Shown here in pieces: positions 18,125 to 27,431 of a stretch of 64,000 bases of DNA. The notes below the pieces were generated by a model. It was given only the letters and a program-made list of their open reading frames with translations, ran no database searches and was not told the DNA's origin. Within the stretch, counting starts at the first letter, position 1, and the number at the start of each line of letters is the position of its first letter. Origin of the DNA: Candidatus Latescibacterota bacterium. GTDB lineage: Bacteria; Latescibacterota; UBA2968; UBA8231. The translations under genes and the position numbers were made by a program. The stretch lies in the NCBI GenBank assembly GCA_965204725.1, contig OZ242005.1, positions 3,328,001 to 3,392,000 of the forward strand, given 5' to 3'.

Positions 18125-19888
18125 TCAATAGACTATAGGGACAAGTTTCGTCTTGCTCTCAGATCCTGAATCTGCATCAATTTCCACTCGCACCAAATAG
18201 ATTCCGGGCAGCACTTTGGCACCGCTCCCGTCTGTTCCATCCCAAGCCCTTTGGTATCTCTTACTGGGATCCAACCCTGAATAGATCGCCTTTATACGCC
18301 TTCCAGAAAGATCGTATATATCCACCGAAACTAAGGCACCACCTGTCAGGTTGACGATGTCGTAGGTCACCAAGACTTCATCATTTAGGCCGTCGCCGTT
18401 GGGAGTAAAAGGGACGGGAGTCACTTTCATGGAATGAATGAGGTCTTTGCCCACCGAGATCTCGACCGAAAGGTCATCCCCCTGCGCCTCAAAATCAGAG
18501 GCTGCATCGCCCTCGGTGACTACTTGGGGCAGATGGTCCGGTTTTTGGCTATCGGAGACTCTGCCGGCAAAAAAAGTGTTGTACTGCAAAGCCACGTTCT
18601 CAAAGACTACTCGCAAGGTACGGTTCCCCACAATCCGGGGGAAGCTAATTTGGCCCCCGTCTTCTGTATCCACCTTTTCCCATCCGACATCGATCCCGTC
18701 TATTTGCACAGATCTCACTACGTCTACTGGTGCCATAGTCTTTAGTTCGAGACGGTTAAATCCTCGGCTGTTGACGGTTCTCACGGCATAGGTAAAGGGA
18801 GTATTCTGCCCAATCAGAGCACTTTGGGGCCATATCTCGCCCACCAGCGAGTCGGCTAGGGAAGGAGATACCTCAAAGGCGAGGGAATCAACGGTCGCCG
18901 CTGCTAGAATATCGCTGGTCTTGAGGAGTAAACGGAACTGAAAAAAACGACGCGGGGCTGGTGATTCAATAGCCGTATGCACTCCGGCAGGATAGGGGGA
19001 GGACCAAGTGCTCCAAGACAGCGAATCGCTGGGATCCGGTGTGTTGCCGCTCCGAGTCGATAGGATAGCATCTGTTTTCGTTGGTTCGCCAATGCTACTC
19101 CTAGCCCATGTTATATCGCCAAAGATAGCGGGCTGTTCTCGATCAAATACTCTTGAGGTATACGATGCTGTAGAGGCGAAACCTGCACCAAAGACTTGAA
19201 ATTCGTCAATCTCCCATTCCCCGCGTACCAGTTGTTTCACCTCTATGAAACGAACAAACTGTAGGGGGATGTCTAGGTCAATGGTCGGCTTGAGGTTGCG
19301 TTCCTCGGTTTTAAAAACCTTGAAATCCGGCGTCCCGGCTAGGGTTTTCTGCTCCTCGCTGCCGTCGTTCAGCAGCAATTCATAGCCTTTTAGGAAAAAC
19401 TCTTCAAATCCCTTGCGCGGGAAAAACTTGATCCGATTGACCCCGAAGCGCTCACCCAAATCTATCCTGAATATAACGCCTGTAGGAGAACCGCCCTTTA
19501 CTTCAAAGGCCTTGGTCGTGTCGCCGCTGACCATGTGCGCCAATTGTTTATTCAAAAGACTCTGAGATGTTTCAAGCACTATTCTCGCGTTGGGCGATGT
19601 TACGGCCCCTCCTCTTTCAAATATTTTTAGGACGATATTGTCTTCGGGACCTGTCTGAGCCGGCTGAATTTGGCCGGGATTGGCGTCAAAGTCGATAACC
19701 GATATCTCGGAATAATGGCCACCCCATGCTAGGGTCCCTGGACCGCCTCCAATGACGACCTTCACCCCATAGCCTTGGGTCGGTACAAGTCCCTGCAATA
19801 GACAAGAGAACGCTAATAGCGCGGTCTTGACTAGTGGTGGCTTGTTAAACCTGTTCCTCTCGGATCGTATAAGATTAATAGGAGACAT
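18125..19888 (-). CDS. Exported protein with discoidin-like N-domain and C-terminal FlgD-Ig/'FTPNGDG' domain (paralogue 3)
   Basis: DLGERFGVNRIKFFPR; WSTWSSPY..IESPAPRRFFQFR; LVGEIWP; PFTPNGDGLND..IYDLSGR..WDGTDGSGAKVLPGIYLV. Confidence 0.82.
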   Translation of the reverse strand: MSPINLIRSERNRFNKPPLVKTALLAFSCLLQGLVPTQGYGVKVVIGGGPGTLAWGGHYSEISVIDFDANPGQIQPAQTGPEDNIVLKIFERGGAVTSPNARIVLETSQSLLNKQLAHMVSGDTTKAFEVKGGSPTGVIFRIDLGERFGVNRIKFFPRKGFEEFFLKGYELLLNDGSEEQKTLAGTPDFKVFKTEERNLKPTIDLDIPLQFVRFIEVKQLVRGEWEIDEFQVFGAGFASTASYTSRVFDREQPAIFGDITWARSSIGEPTKTDAILSTRSGNTPDPSDSLSWSTWSSPYPAGVHTAIESPAPRRFFQFRLLLKTSDILAAATVDSLAFEVSPSLADSLVGEIWPQSALIGQNTPFTYAVRTVNSRGFNRLELKTMAPVDVVRSVQIDGIDVGWEKVDTEDGGQISFPRIVGNRTLRVVFENVALQYNTFFAGRVSDSQKPDHLPQVVTEGDAASDFEAQGDDLSVEISVGKDLIHSMKVTPVPFTPNGDGLNDEVLVTYDIVNLTGGALVSVDIYDLSGRRIKAIYSGLDPSKRYQRAWDGTDGSGAKVLPGIYLVRVEIDADSGSESKTKLVPIVY

Positions 19889-22526
19889 GTACTAAGCGGT
19901 AGTCCGAGGTATTTCTACTCGATTTTGAATCGACCTTAATGTCGATCCTCAGCACATATATGCCAGGGGCCACCAAATCCCCGAATTTATCGACTCCGGT
20001 CCAGACCACGGAATGCCGCCCCGTGGTTATGTACTCATCGCGCAGTTCGTGAACAAGACGCCCACCTAGATCGTATATTTTCACCTGTAACGGCGTTGAT
20101 GCCTTCACCCGCATGAGTGAAAAACTCACAGTCATATCATCGTTGATGCCGTCGCCGTTGGGGGTGAAGATCTTATTTTTGACTTCGATATCCCCTAGTA
20201 CCACTCCTCTTTCAAGGGCTAAGATCACGGTTTTTTCGCTGTCCGTGGTCTCGTTCGCATCGCCTGGGTCCACTCTTTGCCACGAATTGGGAATGGAAGA
20301 ATGGCCGATAGACCCATTGAAGAAGGTGGTAAAATCGAATGTGGTCGCCGCAAACTGGATTTCGATCAACGCGGCCCCGCCGGTCGTCTTTATGGGAGTG
20401 GGCAGGCGCACCCAAAGCGAATCGGAACCACCGCCTACCACCTCAAAGCCCTCGCTCTGGGCGGTATAGGTTTGAGGCGGCTGCCCTGTGAGGTCCACGT
20501 GGGCTTGCTTGAATTTCATTTTGACGCCGGAGGGAGCTTCAATGAGAATTTCGTCAAATCCCTCGTTGGCCGCCTCAAAGGTCGTGCGGATGAAATAGGA
20601 AAACGATTGCTCAGCACCAATCACCTCGAGTTGGGCGGGCAGCACCTCGCCAATAACTGTTTTGGCGATTGGCGTTACAAAATTGAGTTTCACCCAACGC
20701 AGTGTAGCCGCTACAAGAGGATTTTCCGTGATAAAGGTCGCTTGGATAGCGACGAATTTCCGCGGACTAGGCGAGGTGATTTTGTCTCCCGAGTTGAAAT
20801 AGCGTTGACTCCAACTGCTCCAATCGCTGCCCGGGTTGGTTTGGGTAACGACGGGTCCAACAGAGGCATCCCCAAAGAATTTTTTGTCCGTAGCGTACGC
20901 TTCCGCTGCTTCTTCTTCGGTGCCCGGAAACAACTCACCGTTCTTTTTATAGTAGAGCGTAGTAGTTTTGACCGTATTGCCGGTGCGGGTCTGGAGAATA
21001 ATATCCGTACCCGGCGGTATATCCGCATCCCACTCAATAGACGCCAAATTTTGGGGAGTGGCCCCCAATTCTATGAACGCCGAAGGCCCGTCAAAGACCG
21101 ATTCGATCCGAGCCTCGGGCATGTACCCCTCGCCGAAAAACTGAATCTCTGACAAGCCGTGGCGTCCGGCCCTTACATGGAGCTTATAGGTAAAAGAAAA
21201 ATGCTTGACTTTGGTGAGTGGGAACTTAAAATCGTGGTACGATTCACCAGAGTTGATATGGTCGAGCGACCCTACTGTTTTCCAGGCCAGACTCCCGCCA
21301 GCATTGGTGGAGCCATCTGAGACTTCAATGCGGTAGGCGCGGAAAGGCCCAGGGGGGTTACTACTGGCTTGGAGTACGCGGATATTGTCCAGAAAGAAGG
21401 CCCCTCCCAGATCTGCCACTAACGCACGCTCGACATCGGGCGGCTGCGAAGGCAGCAGCCTATCGGGATTGTACCCCCCTTGAGCGGGCCAGTACAACGC
21501 CTTTTCTACACTATATATTACCCCGTCTACCACCACCCCTTCAGCCCCGTTGTTTTCCCAACTCGTCACTTTGCCACCCCGCTCCAGTACGCCAATGCCG
21601 ATATTGTCGCCGATCGACCAGACTTCCACTTCCGCCAATCGAGGCAACTCGCGGCGATAGTAAACGACAGGACCTTGACTGGCCGTGCCAGCCAAGGTCT
21701 CCCAATCTTCGCGTCCTTCCAGCAATCGCGTCCTTCCCGAGGCTTCCCGACGAAAGTATTCTATATCGCCCTGTTGCTCGGGATCAAGGGCCTCATAATT
21801 GGACTGGGAAACTTGTCTTGCCTTGCCAAAATCGCTGTCTGTGACGCCGACAGAGACGAATCTGATCACATCGCCGGTAAAATCTCCGCGCACCTGGGTC
21901 CATTTGGTGGGCAACTGGTTGGTCAAATCGACTTCAAAGACCCGTTCATTCTTGATGGGCTTGTTCGTTGAGAAGCGTTTCCTGTACACCAGCGGTCCGA
22001 TGATCGTCTCCCCTTGAGAGGTGAGGACCTTGAATTGGAGAAAGGGGTCTCCCAAATCCTCCCCGACAAACTTGAGAACGATTTTATTGGCCGATACGGC
22101 TCGCCCTAAATCGATTTGTACCCACCAATCCCTAAGAGGGACGGAAGTGTCCGGCTCCCAGTAGGTGTCCATCCTGCCGTCCATGAGGTTTGCTGCGCTC
22201 AAGCGATTGGAGCCGGCGTCCCATATCCCACCGCCGAACTCGGAGGCATTCAAAACCGCGTTAATGCCGGGGACTATCTTTTCGGCACCATCTATTTCGA
22301 GCCTAGTGTTCTTGCGTATAAAGGCCGGTTTCACACCATCCTCGGTGATCTGGATGGTCTTTGCCACCGCCTGCCAACGAGCCCAGTGATCCTTGGACTC
22401 AATGACAGCCACGCCGTCTTGGATAGAAAAACCCTCTTGCCCCCAAGCGACTTCACCTAAGATCATTCTACCCAAGATACAGGCCAAGCTAGTGCTCACC
22501 AGCTTGAATGTTCTCTGCCATGCCAT
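19875..22526 (-). CDS. Exported protein with two discoidin-like domains and C-terminal FlgD-Ig/'FTPNGDG' domain (paralogue 2)
   Basis: NLMDGRMDTYW..WVQIDLGR; DLGGAFFLDNIR; WSSWSQRY..ITSPSPRKF; IFTPNGDGIND..IYDLGGR..WTGVDKFGDLVAPGIYVL. Confidence 0.82.
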   Translation of the reverse strand: MAWQRTFKLVSTSLACILGRMILGEVAWGQEGFSIQDGVAVIESKDHWARWQAVAKTIQITEDGVKPAFIRKNTRLEIDGAEKIVPGINAVLNASEFGGGIWDAGSNRLSAANLMDGRMDTYWEPDTSVPLRDWWVQIDLGRAVSANKIVLKFVGEDLGDPFLQFKVLTSQGETIIGPLVYRKRFSTNKPIKNERVFEVDLTNQLPTKWTQVRGDFTGDVIRFVSVGVTDSDFGKARQVSQSNYEALDPEQQGDIEYFRREASGRTRLLEGREDWETLAGTASQGPVVYYRRELPRLAEVEVWSIGDNIGIGVLERGGKVTSWENNGAEGVVVDGVIYSVEKALYWPAQGGYNPDRLLPSQPPDVERALVADLGGAFFLDNIRVLQASSNPPGPFRAYRIEVSDGSTNAGGSLAWKTVGSLDHINSGESYHDFKFPLTKVKHFSFTYKLHVRAGRHGLSEIQFFGEGYMPEARIESVFDGPSAFIELGATPQNLASIEWDADIPPGTDIILQTRTGNTVKTTTLYYKKNGELFPGTEEEAAEAYATDKKFFGDASVGPVVTQTNPGSDWSSWSQRYFNSGDKITSPSPRKFVAIQATFITENPLVAATLRWVKLNFVTPIAKTVIGEVLPAQLEVIGAEQSFSYFIRTTFEAANEGFDEILIEAPSGVKMKFKQAHVDLTGQPPQTYTAQSEGFEVVGGGSDSLWVRLPTPIKTTGGAALIEIQFAATTFDFTTFFNGSIGHSSIPNSWQRVDPGDANETTDSEKTVILALERGVVLGDIEVKNKIFTPNGDGINDDMTVSFSLMRVKASTPLQVKIYDLGGRLVHELRDEYITTGRHSVVWTGVDKFGDLVAPGIYVLRIDIKVDSKSSRNTSDYRLVHVSY

Positions 22527-22572
22527 GGCATTGGGGCTCCCACGTATTTGCTCATCTGGGGGCGATTAAAAA

Positions 22573-24543
22573 TCAATAGACCACGGCGATAACGCCGCTC
22601 TTGATGCCCTCTTCCGATTGGATGTCTACCGCTATTTGATACAAATAGAGTCCTGGGGGTACCAGCCGATTGGAGTGGTCTGTTCCATCCCAAGGGTGGG
22701 AATACTCTCCGATGGAAATGTCCCCGGCGTATATTTGCTTAACTAGCCGGCCGGACAAGTCGAAGATTTCCACGGAGACGGGAACCTGAGCTGTCACCCG
22801 CAGGAGCTTGTAGGAAATATGCACCACGTCGTTGGTGGCATCGCCGTTGGGCGTAAAGGGATTGGGCTCAATTTGCGGTGTAGATACTAGTGAACTAATC
22901 AGCGATGTTTTCACCGAAATTCCGTCGCTCTCAATCTCGTCGTCGGCGTTGCCTGGGTTGATGCGTTGGCGCACTTCGTTTGGCTCGGCTCTGTTGAACA
23001 CCTTACCAGTAAACAGCGTACCTACTTCCCGCAGTACCGGAGCATTGAACACCACCTCGATCAAGGCCCCGCTGTCGGTCGGTTCCAGCTTGCGCGGAAA
23101 GTCGATCTCAAAGCCCAAGCCATCCGCCGTTTTCGTCCAGAGAAAATTGTCGTAATTGATCGCGTCTATGCGCAGCGAATCGACCGAAACCACCCCCGAG
23201 GGCGTGGAAATTTCCACACCGTCAAAACCTCGGTCGCTAGCCCGGATGGTCGGTCGAATAAAATAGGTGAATTGCGTCACCTGCCCCACTTGGGTGTCCA
23301 CCGGGAAAATTTCGCCCACCAAGCTATGCACGGCCGGTGGCACGGAGGCCTTGAACTCGACATAGTCAATTTTGCCTCCGTCCTCGACAGTAGAAAAAAA
23401 GTCCACTTTGAGCTGGAAGAATTGGCGAGGACTAGGGGAGACGATGCTGGTCCCCGAGTTTTTGAACAGATAGGGACTGGACCAGAAACTCCAGTTTTCC
23501 GTATCGGGGCTCACTCTATCCCGGGGTTCTACCGGCTTGAGAACGTCGAGCAACTTGCGGTATCGGCTCTTGTATTCGCTCAGGGTCAAGTCGCCACCGC
23601 CATCGAGGAATTGAACGCTGTCTCGCTGCTCGGGCCGCAACTGCCAGAAAATATCGGGATGTGGGTCCGTTCCCGTCCGGGTGCGGATATTGATCTGGGC
23701 GTCCGTATCTTGGCGGCCCGACCAGCGGATCTCGCCCCAACTGGCCAGATCGCCCAATTCGATTATTTCGGATTCATACGAGGCTCGCCCCAAGAAACCA
23801 CCTCCGTAGAGTTCAAAATCGGCAAGCCCTATCTCCTTGGGTGTTGCGCGAAAAATCAGCAGTTGGATCGTTTGGGTTGATATGGGAGGATCTAAAATCA
23901 CGCTAACTTCAGGTTCGGTGTTTTCCTTTACTTCTGCTATGGTGGGGAAATTGGGAATGTTTTGAGCGATGTTGACTAGTCTACCATCGAAGGCACCAAT
24001 GGATATCCGCTCCAGAAAGTGTTCTGGTTTTTCCGCCAGAGGGCGAAATCTCACCTCTCGGATGAGAAATCGACCGCCTAAATCGAAAGTCACTTGTTCA
24101 TTGATCAACCGCCGGCCCTGCGGGCCAGCAGTGCCCACATGGAAGCTCTCTGGAGCTATAGCTGGCCACGTAAGGGCCGTAGTCGGATCTGCATCGATCA
24201 TCGCCTGTCCGATCAGTTTATTTTGATTGGCAAAAAGCTTTACCCGCACCCAGCCGTCTCGGCTCAAGAGAGTTGCGGCGATGTCCTCGTCCTCAGTAAA
24301 AAAATTGGGTTGCAGTGAACCCGCCTGCAAAGAGTCCAACTCGAGGGCATCCTGCAGTTGAGAGGCTGTCCAGTCGATTTCCCTGAAATCGATGCCGCGG
24401 CTTTCAAGGCTGTCCTTTTCTGCTGTTGAAAAAGGTGCGCCAATCCTATAGATGATCACGCTGGCGGCATTTAGGGGCCAGAGGCCGACACCCAGTAAAG
24501 CGAGTAAGAGCAAGCCTGTGGACTTGGGAGGGAGCATGCTCAT
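22573..24543 (-). CDS. Exported protein with discoidin-like domain and C-terminal FlgD-Ig/'FTPNGD' domain (paralogue 1)
   Basis: Start reassigned to MSMLPPK (AAAGG RBS); signal peptide; DLGGRFLIREVRFRP; WSFWSSPY..IVSPSPRQFFQL; PNPFTPNGDATND..IFDLSGR..WDGTD..VPPGLYLY. Confidence 0.82.
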   Translation of the reverse strand: MSMLPPKSTGLLLLALLGVGLWPLNAASVIIYRIGAPFSTAEKDSLESRGIDFREIDWTASQLQDALELDSLQAGSLQPNFFTEDEDIAATLLSRDGWVRVKLFANQNKLIGQAMIDADPTTALTWPAIAPESFHVGTAGPQGRRLINEQVTFDLGGRFLIREVRFRPLAEKPEHFLERISIGAFDGRLVNIAQNIPNFPTIAEVKENTEPEVSVILDPPISTQTIQLLIFRATPKEIGLADFELYGGGFLGRASYESEIIELGDLASWGEIRWSGRQDTDAQINIRTRTGTDPHPDIFWQLRPEQRDSVQFLDGGGDLTLSEYKSRYRKLLDVLKPVEPRDRVSPDTENWSFWSSPYLFKNSGTSIVSPSPRQFFQLKVDFFSTVEDGGKIDYVEFKASVPPAVHSLVGEIFPVDTQVGQVTQFTYFIRPTIRASDRGFDGVEISTPSGVVSVDSLRIDAINYDNFLWTKTADGLGFEIDFPRKLEPTDSGALIEVVFNAPVLREVGTLFTGKVFNRAEPNEVRQRINPGNADDEIESDGISVKTSLISSLVSTPQIEPNPFTPNGDATNDVVHISYKLLRVTAQVPVSVEIFDLSGRLVKQIYAGDISIGEYSHPWDGTDHSNRLVPPGLYLYQIAVDIQSEEGIKSGVIAVVY

Positions 24544-24552
24544 CCTTTGGCG

Positions 24553-24592
24553 AAAATAAAAATAAAAAGGGGGGCGATAACCTTGCCCCCCC
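24553..24592 (-). terminator. Intrinsic terminator between the 309-aa gene and the downstream FlgD-domain genes
   Basis: Minus strand GGGGGGC-aaggttatc-GCCCCCC followed by TTTTTATTTTTATTTT. Confidence 0.8.
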
Positions 24593-24621
24593 AATTACCA
24601 ATCTTTCCCTAATTGTTCTAC

Positions 24622-25551
24622 TTAGCGGGAGAAACTCGCCTTGATATTTCCCCAGCTATCCGCCTCGACGGAAGTGCCCATGTCCTCGCCCGGTACCCAG
24701 ATGCTCTCATCATAGGGGAGCAGGACATAGTCGACCATAGCGGTAGCTTTGAAGTAGAGTTCTGTATCGCCGCTGTTGGTCCAGTAGCCGTTGTAATTGC
24801 CTTCAGCACCGTCGTCGTCGTCCTGAACGGCAAAGCCAATACCCATGATTTCTCCTGCCACCATGGTATGGACGATCACATCTTCGTCTTCTATGCCCGT
24901 AGAGCTAGTAGGCAAATCGTCGAAGGGAGTGAACCACATTTCCATGGACAGAGTTCCGGCCCCGCCGTTGATGTCACCCTCAAAACTCCATTTGGCACCA
25001 GAATAAGGCTCGACTCCGGCCCACGGAGCTCCGCCCCAGAGCCACATGTGATTTTCTTGGTGCAGCGTGTAGCGGTAATTCTGGGACAAAGCCCCTTCCC
25101 ATCTCTCCGGGTCCAAATCCGCCGATTGTACATTCTGGAAAATAGCGTCGCCGCTATGGTCGAAGTCTAGGGTTACCTCGACCGTATCGAAATTGTTTTC
25201 GATAGTTCCATAAAAGAGGTCGTCGAACCGTTCCTCCATGAAATACAAGATGTTGGTCACTGGACTCCAACCGAAAATGATGCGCTCAGCTAGATTGGAG
25301 GGGTCGGGGTCTCCTTGGGTGCCGGTGACAGTCTCGATCAGATCCTCATGGGTCACCCAGAAAACCGAGGGTACGTTGTCCCATTCGCTTATGTCGCCGT
25401 CCATCTGGACATCTCTTATGCCATCGACTCCAATAGGCACCTGAACGGCGGCCCAGTTTCTGTCTGACCGCAGGTGAGCCGAACTGGACGCGACCGTGAA
25501 AAGGATAAGACCCAATGCCAAGAAGTTATAACTCGTTGCTTTGTTCATCAC
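24622..25551 (-). CDS. Exported CBM9/DOMON-like acidic protein with C-terminal 'TSVEADSWGNIKASF' tail
   Basis: Signal peptide; VQMDGDISEW and GEIMGIGFAVQDDDDG motifs typical of CBM9-like folds; Trp/Asp-rich. Confidence 0.7.
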   Translation of the reverse strand: MMNKATSYNFLALGLILFTVASSSAHLRSDRNWAAVQVPIGVDGIRDVQMDGDISEWDNVPSVFWVTHEDLIETVTGTQGDPDPSNLAERIIFGWSPVTNILYFMEERFDDLFYGTIENNFDTVEVTLDFDHSGDAIFQNVQSADLDPERWEGALSQNYRYTLHQENHMWLWGGAPWAGVEPYSGAKWSFEGDINGGAGTLSMEMWFTPFDDLPTSSTGIEDEDVIVHTMVAGEIMGIGFAVQDDDDGAEGNYNGYWTNSGDTELYFKATAMVDYVLLPYDESIWVPGEDMGTSVEADSWGNIKASFSR

Positions 25552-25709
25552 CCAAGATCCTTTCTTAGGGAGAAAACTGCTGGTTGAGCGGTGGGCTGCT
25601 TAAGGGGTTTTTTATCTCCTCCTTTCAAACTTTCGGTAGCATGGCGAGCAAAGATACTCGATACTCGAAATTATATAAAAAGAAAGGACCAGAAGATCAA
25701 GCTAATTTT

Positions 25710-27416
25710 TCATTTGGACAGGGCGCGTCCCGCGCTGCTCTTTCCATCTATGTGGACAATGCCCTCGCCCTCTTGAAGTACCACGAGCCTATTGGCAGAG
25801 AGATTTTCAAATCGTTCCTCTAGGCCACTTGGCCAGCGCACTACCAACAAGTCGATGGACTCTCTCTGCCCCAAGCCGAAATGGGCCCTCAAGTCATTGT
25901 GCGAAAGATAGCTAGCACCACTCCGAATTTCGGCACTTTGCGTGAGTCCTCCACAGCGAACCTCAACCCAGGCCCCTATACCGTCTCTGTTGCTTTCAGT
26001 CCCTATAGTCTTGACCATTAACCAGTTGTTCTTATTGCCGCCATCGTTGTGCAACAAAGTGGGGCGATCGTTTAGGTTCAGGACAAATATGTCCAGATCC
26101 CCATCGTCGTCGTAATCCCCAAAGGAAGCCCCTCTGCTCACTTTTTTAATTCCCAAGCCCTCCCCTGATAGCTGCGATACCTCGACGAAGGTGCCGTCGC
26201 CCAAGTTTTCAAAGAGTTGATTGGTCTGGGCATAGCTAGTGCCTAGGTTGGCCCTGTCCAATTGTGGAAAGAGGTGGCCATTGGCGACGAAGAGATCTTT
26301 ATCGCCGTCGTTGTCATAGTCGAAAAACTCGGTGCCCCAAGCCAAAAACTGGAAACTCTCTTTGCCCACGCCCGCGTCAAAGCTGAGGTCGGAAAAGAAC
26401 GCGCCGCGGTCGTTGTGGTAAAGCGTATTGGTTTGCTCCCAAAAGTTGGTGACGAATATATCTTGGTATAGGTCATTGTCGTAATCCCCATAGGCAATGC
26501 CCATACAGCCTTGAGCCTCACCGCTTTCGCCATAGGCAGCACCGATCATCCAGCCGATGTCGGCAAAAGTGCCATCGCCTTGGTTTTGATAAAGGAAATT
26601 GGGGCCCGTGTCGTTGGCCACATAGATGTCCACATCGCCGTCCCGGTCGTAATCGCCGCCGATCACGCCCATACCGTAGAGCCTATCTTGGTCCACCACT
26701 CGCGCCTCCACGGTCACATCCGCAAAAGTTCCGTCGCCTTGGTTGCGATACAGGATATCCCCCCCCCCCTTCATGCCGCGGGGCCCAAAGTGAACCCTTA
26801 AGCCTTTCCACATATAGGACCTATTAGGAGTGGTCTGTAGAAAGTGCTTGAAATCGACGTAGTTGGCTACGTACAAATCTAGAGATCCGTCGCTGTCGTA
26901 ATCGAGGAAGGCACATCCTGTGCTGAACCGCTCGTCTCCTATTTGGGCGTACTCGGTTACATCGACAAAAGTCCCGTCGCCTTGATTATCGTACAGTACG
27001 TTCCTGCCGTAGTTGGTTATATAAATGTCCAAGTCGCCATCGTTGTCGTAATCGCCGACGGCGCATCCCATCCCCCAGCCAGTGTCGCCCAAGTTCGCTT
27101 CGTCGGTAGCATCGACGAATTTACCGTGCTCGTTTCTATAAAAGGTATTGCGTGGATGCTCTTGGCCTGAAAAGCCAACCACTTTCGACCCGTTCAAGAT
27201 GTACAAATCCAAATCACCGTCTTGGTCGTAGTCGAAGAAAGCCGATCCTCCCATCATGCTATCGACCAAGTACGTCTGCTCTCTATCCCCGGAGACGTTC
27301 TGCGCCACAACCCCTACTTCCTCCGCTACATCCACGAACTGGACTCGCCTCTCTACTGCCCGTCCTTCGACGGCTAAAAGCCGTGAGGAAATAAGGATTA
27401 AAAAAAAGAAGTGCAT
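25710..27416 (-). CDS. CRTAC1/ASPIC-UnbV family FG-GAP repeat protein
   Basis: FFDYDQDGDLDLY repeats, SRGASFGDYDDDG, SNRDGIGA..SGASYLS..HFGLG..VRWPSG; paralogue of 11967-13658. Confidence 0.92.
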   Translation of the reverse strand: MHFFFLILISSRLLAVEGRAVERRVQFVDVAEEVGVVAQNVSGDREQTYLVDSMMGGSAFFDYDQDGDLDLYILNGSKVVGFSGQEHPRNTFYRNEHGKFVDATDEANLGDTGWGMGCAVGDYDNDGDLDIYITNYGRNVLYDNQGDGTFVDVTEYAQIGDERFSTGCAFLDYDSDGSLDLYVANYVDFKHFLQTTPNRSYMWKGLRVHFGPRGMKGGGDILYRNQGDGTFADVTVEARVVDQDRLYGMGVIGGDYDRDGDVDIYVANDTGPNFLYQNQGDGTFADIGWMIGAAYGESGEAQGCMGIAYGDYDNDLYQDIFVTNFWEQTNTLYHNDRGAFFSDLSFDAGVGKESFQFLAWGTEFFDYDNDGDKDLFVANGHLFPQLDRANLGTSYAQTNQLFENLGDGTFVEVSQLSGEGLGIKKVSRGASFGDYDDDGDLDIFVLNLNDRPTLLHNDGGNKNNWLMVKTIGTESNRDGIGAWVEVRCGGLTQSAEIRSGASYLSHNDLRAHFGLGQRESIDLLVVRWPSGLEERFENLSANRLVVLQEGEGIVHIDGKSSAGRALSK

Positions 27417-27431
27417 ATAAACCAGCGACCC

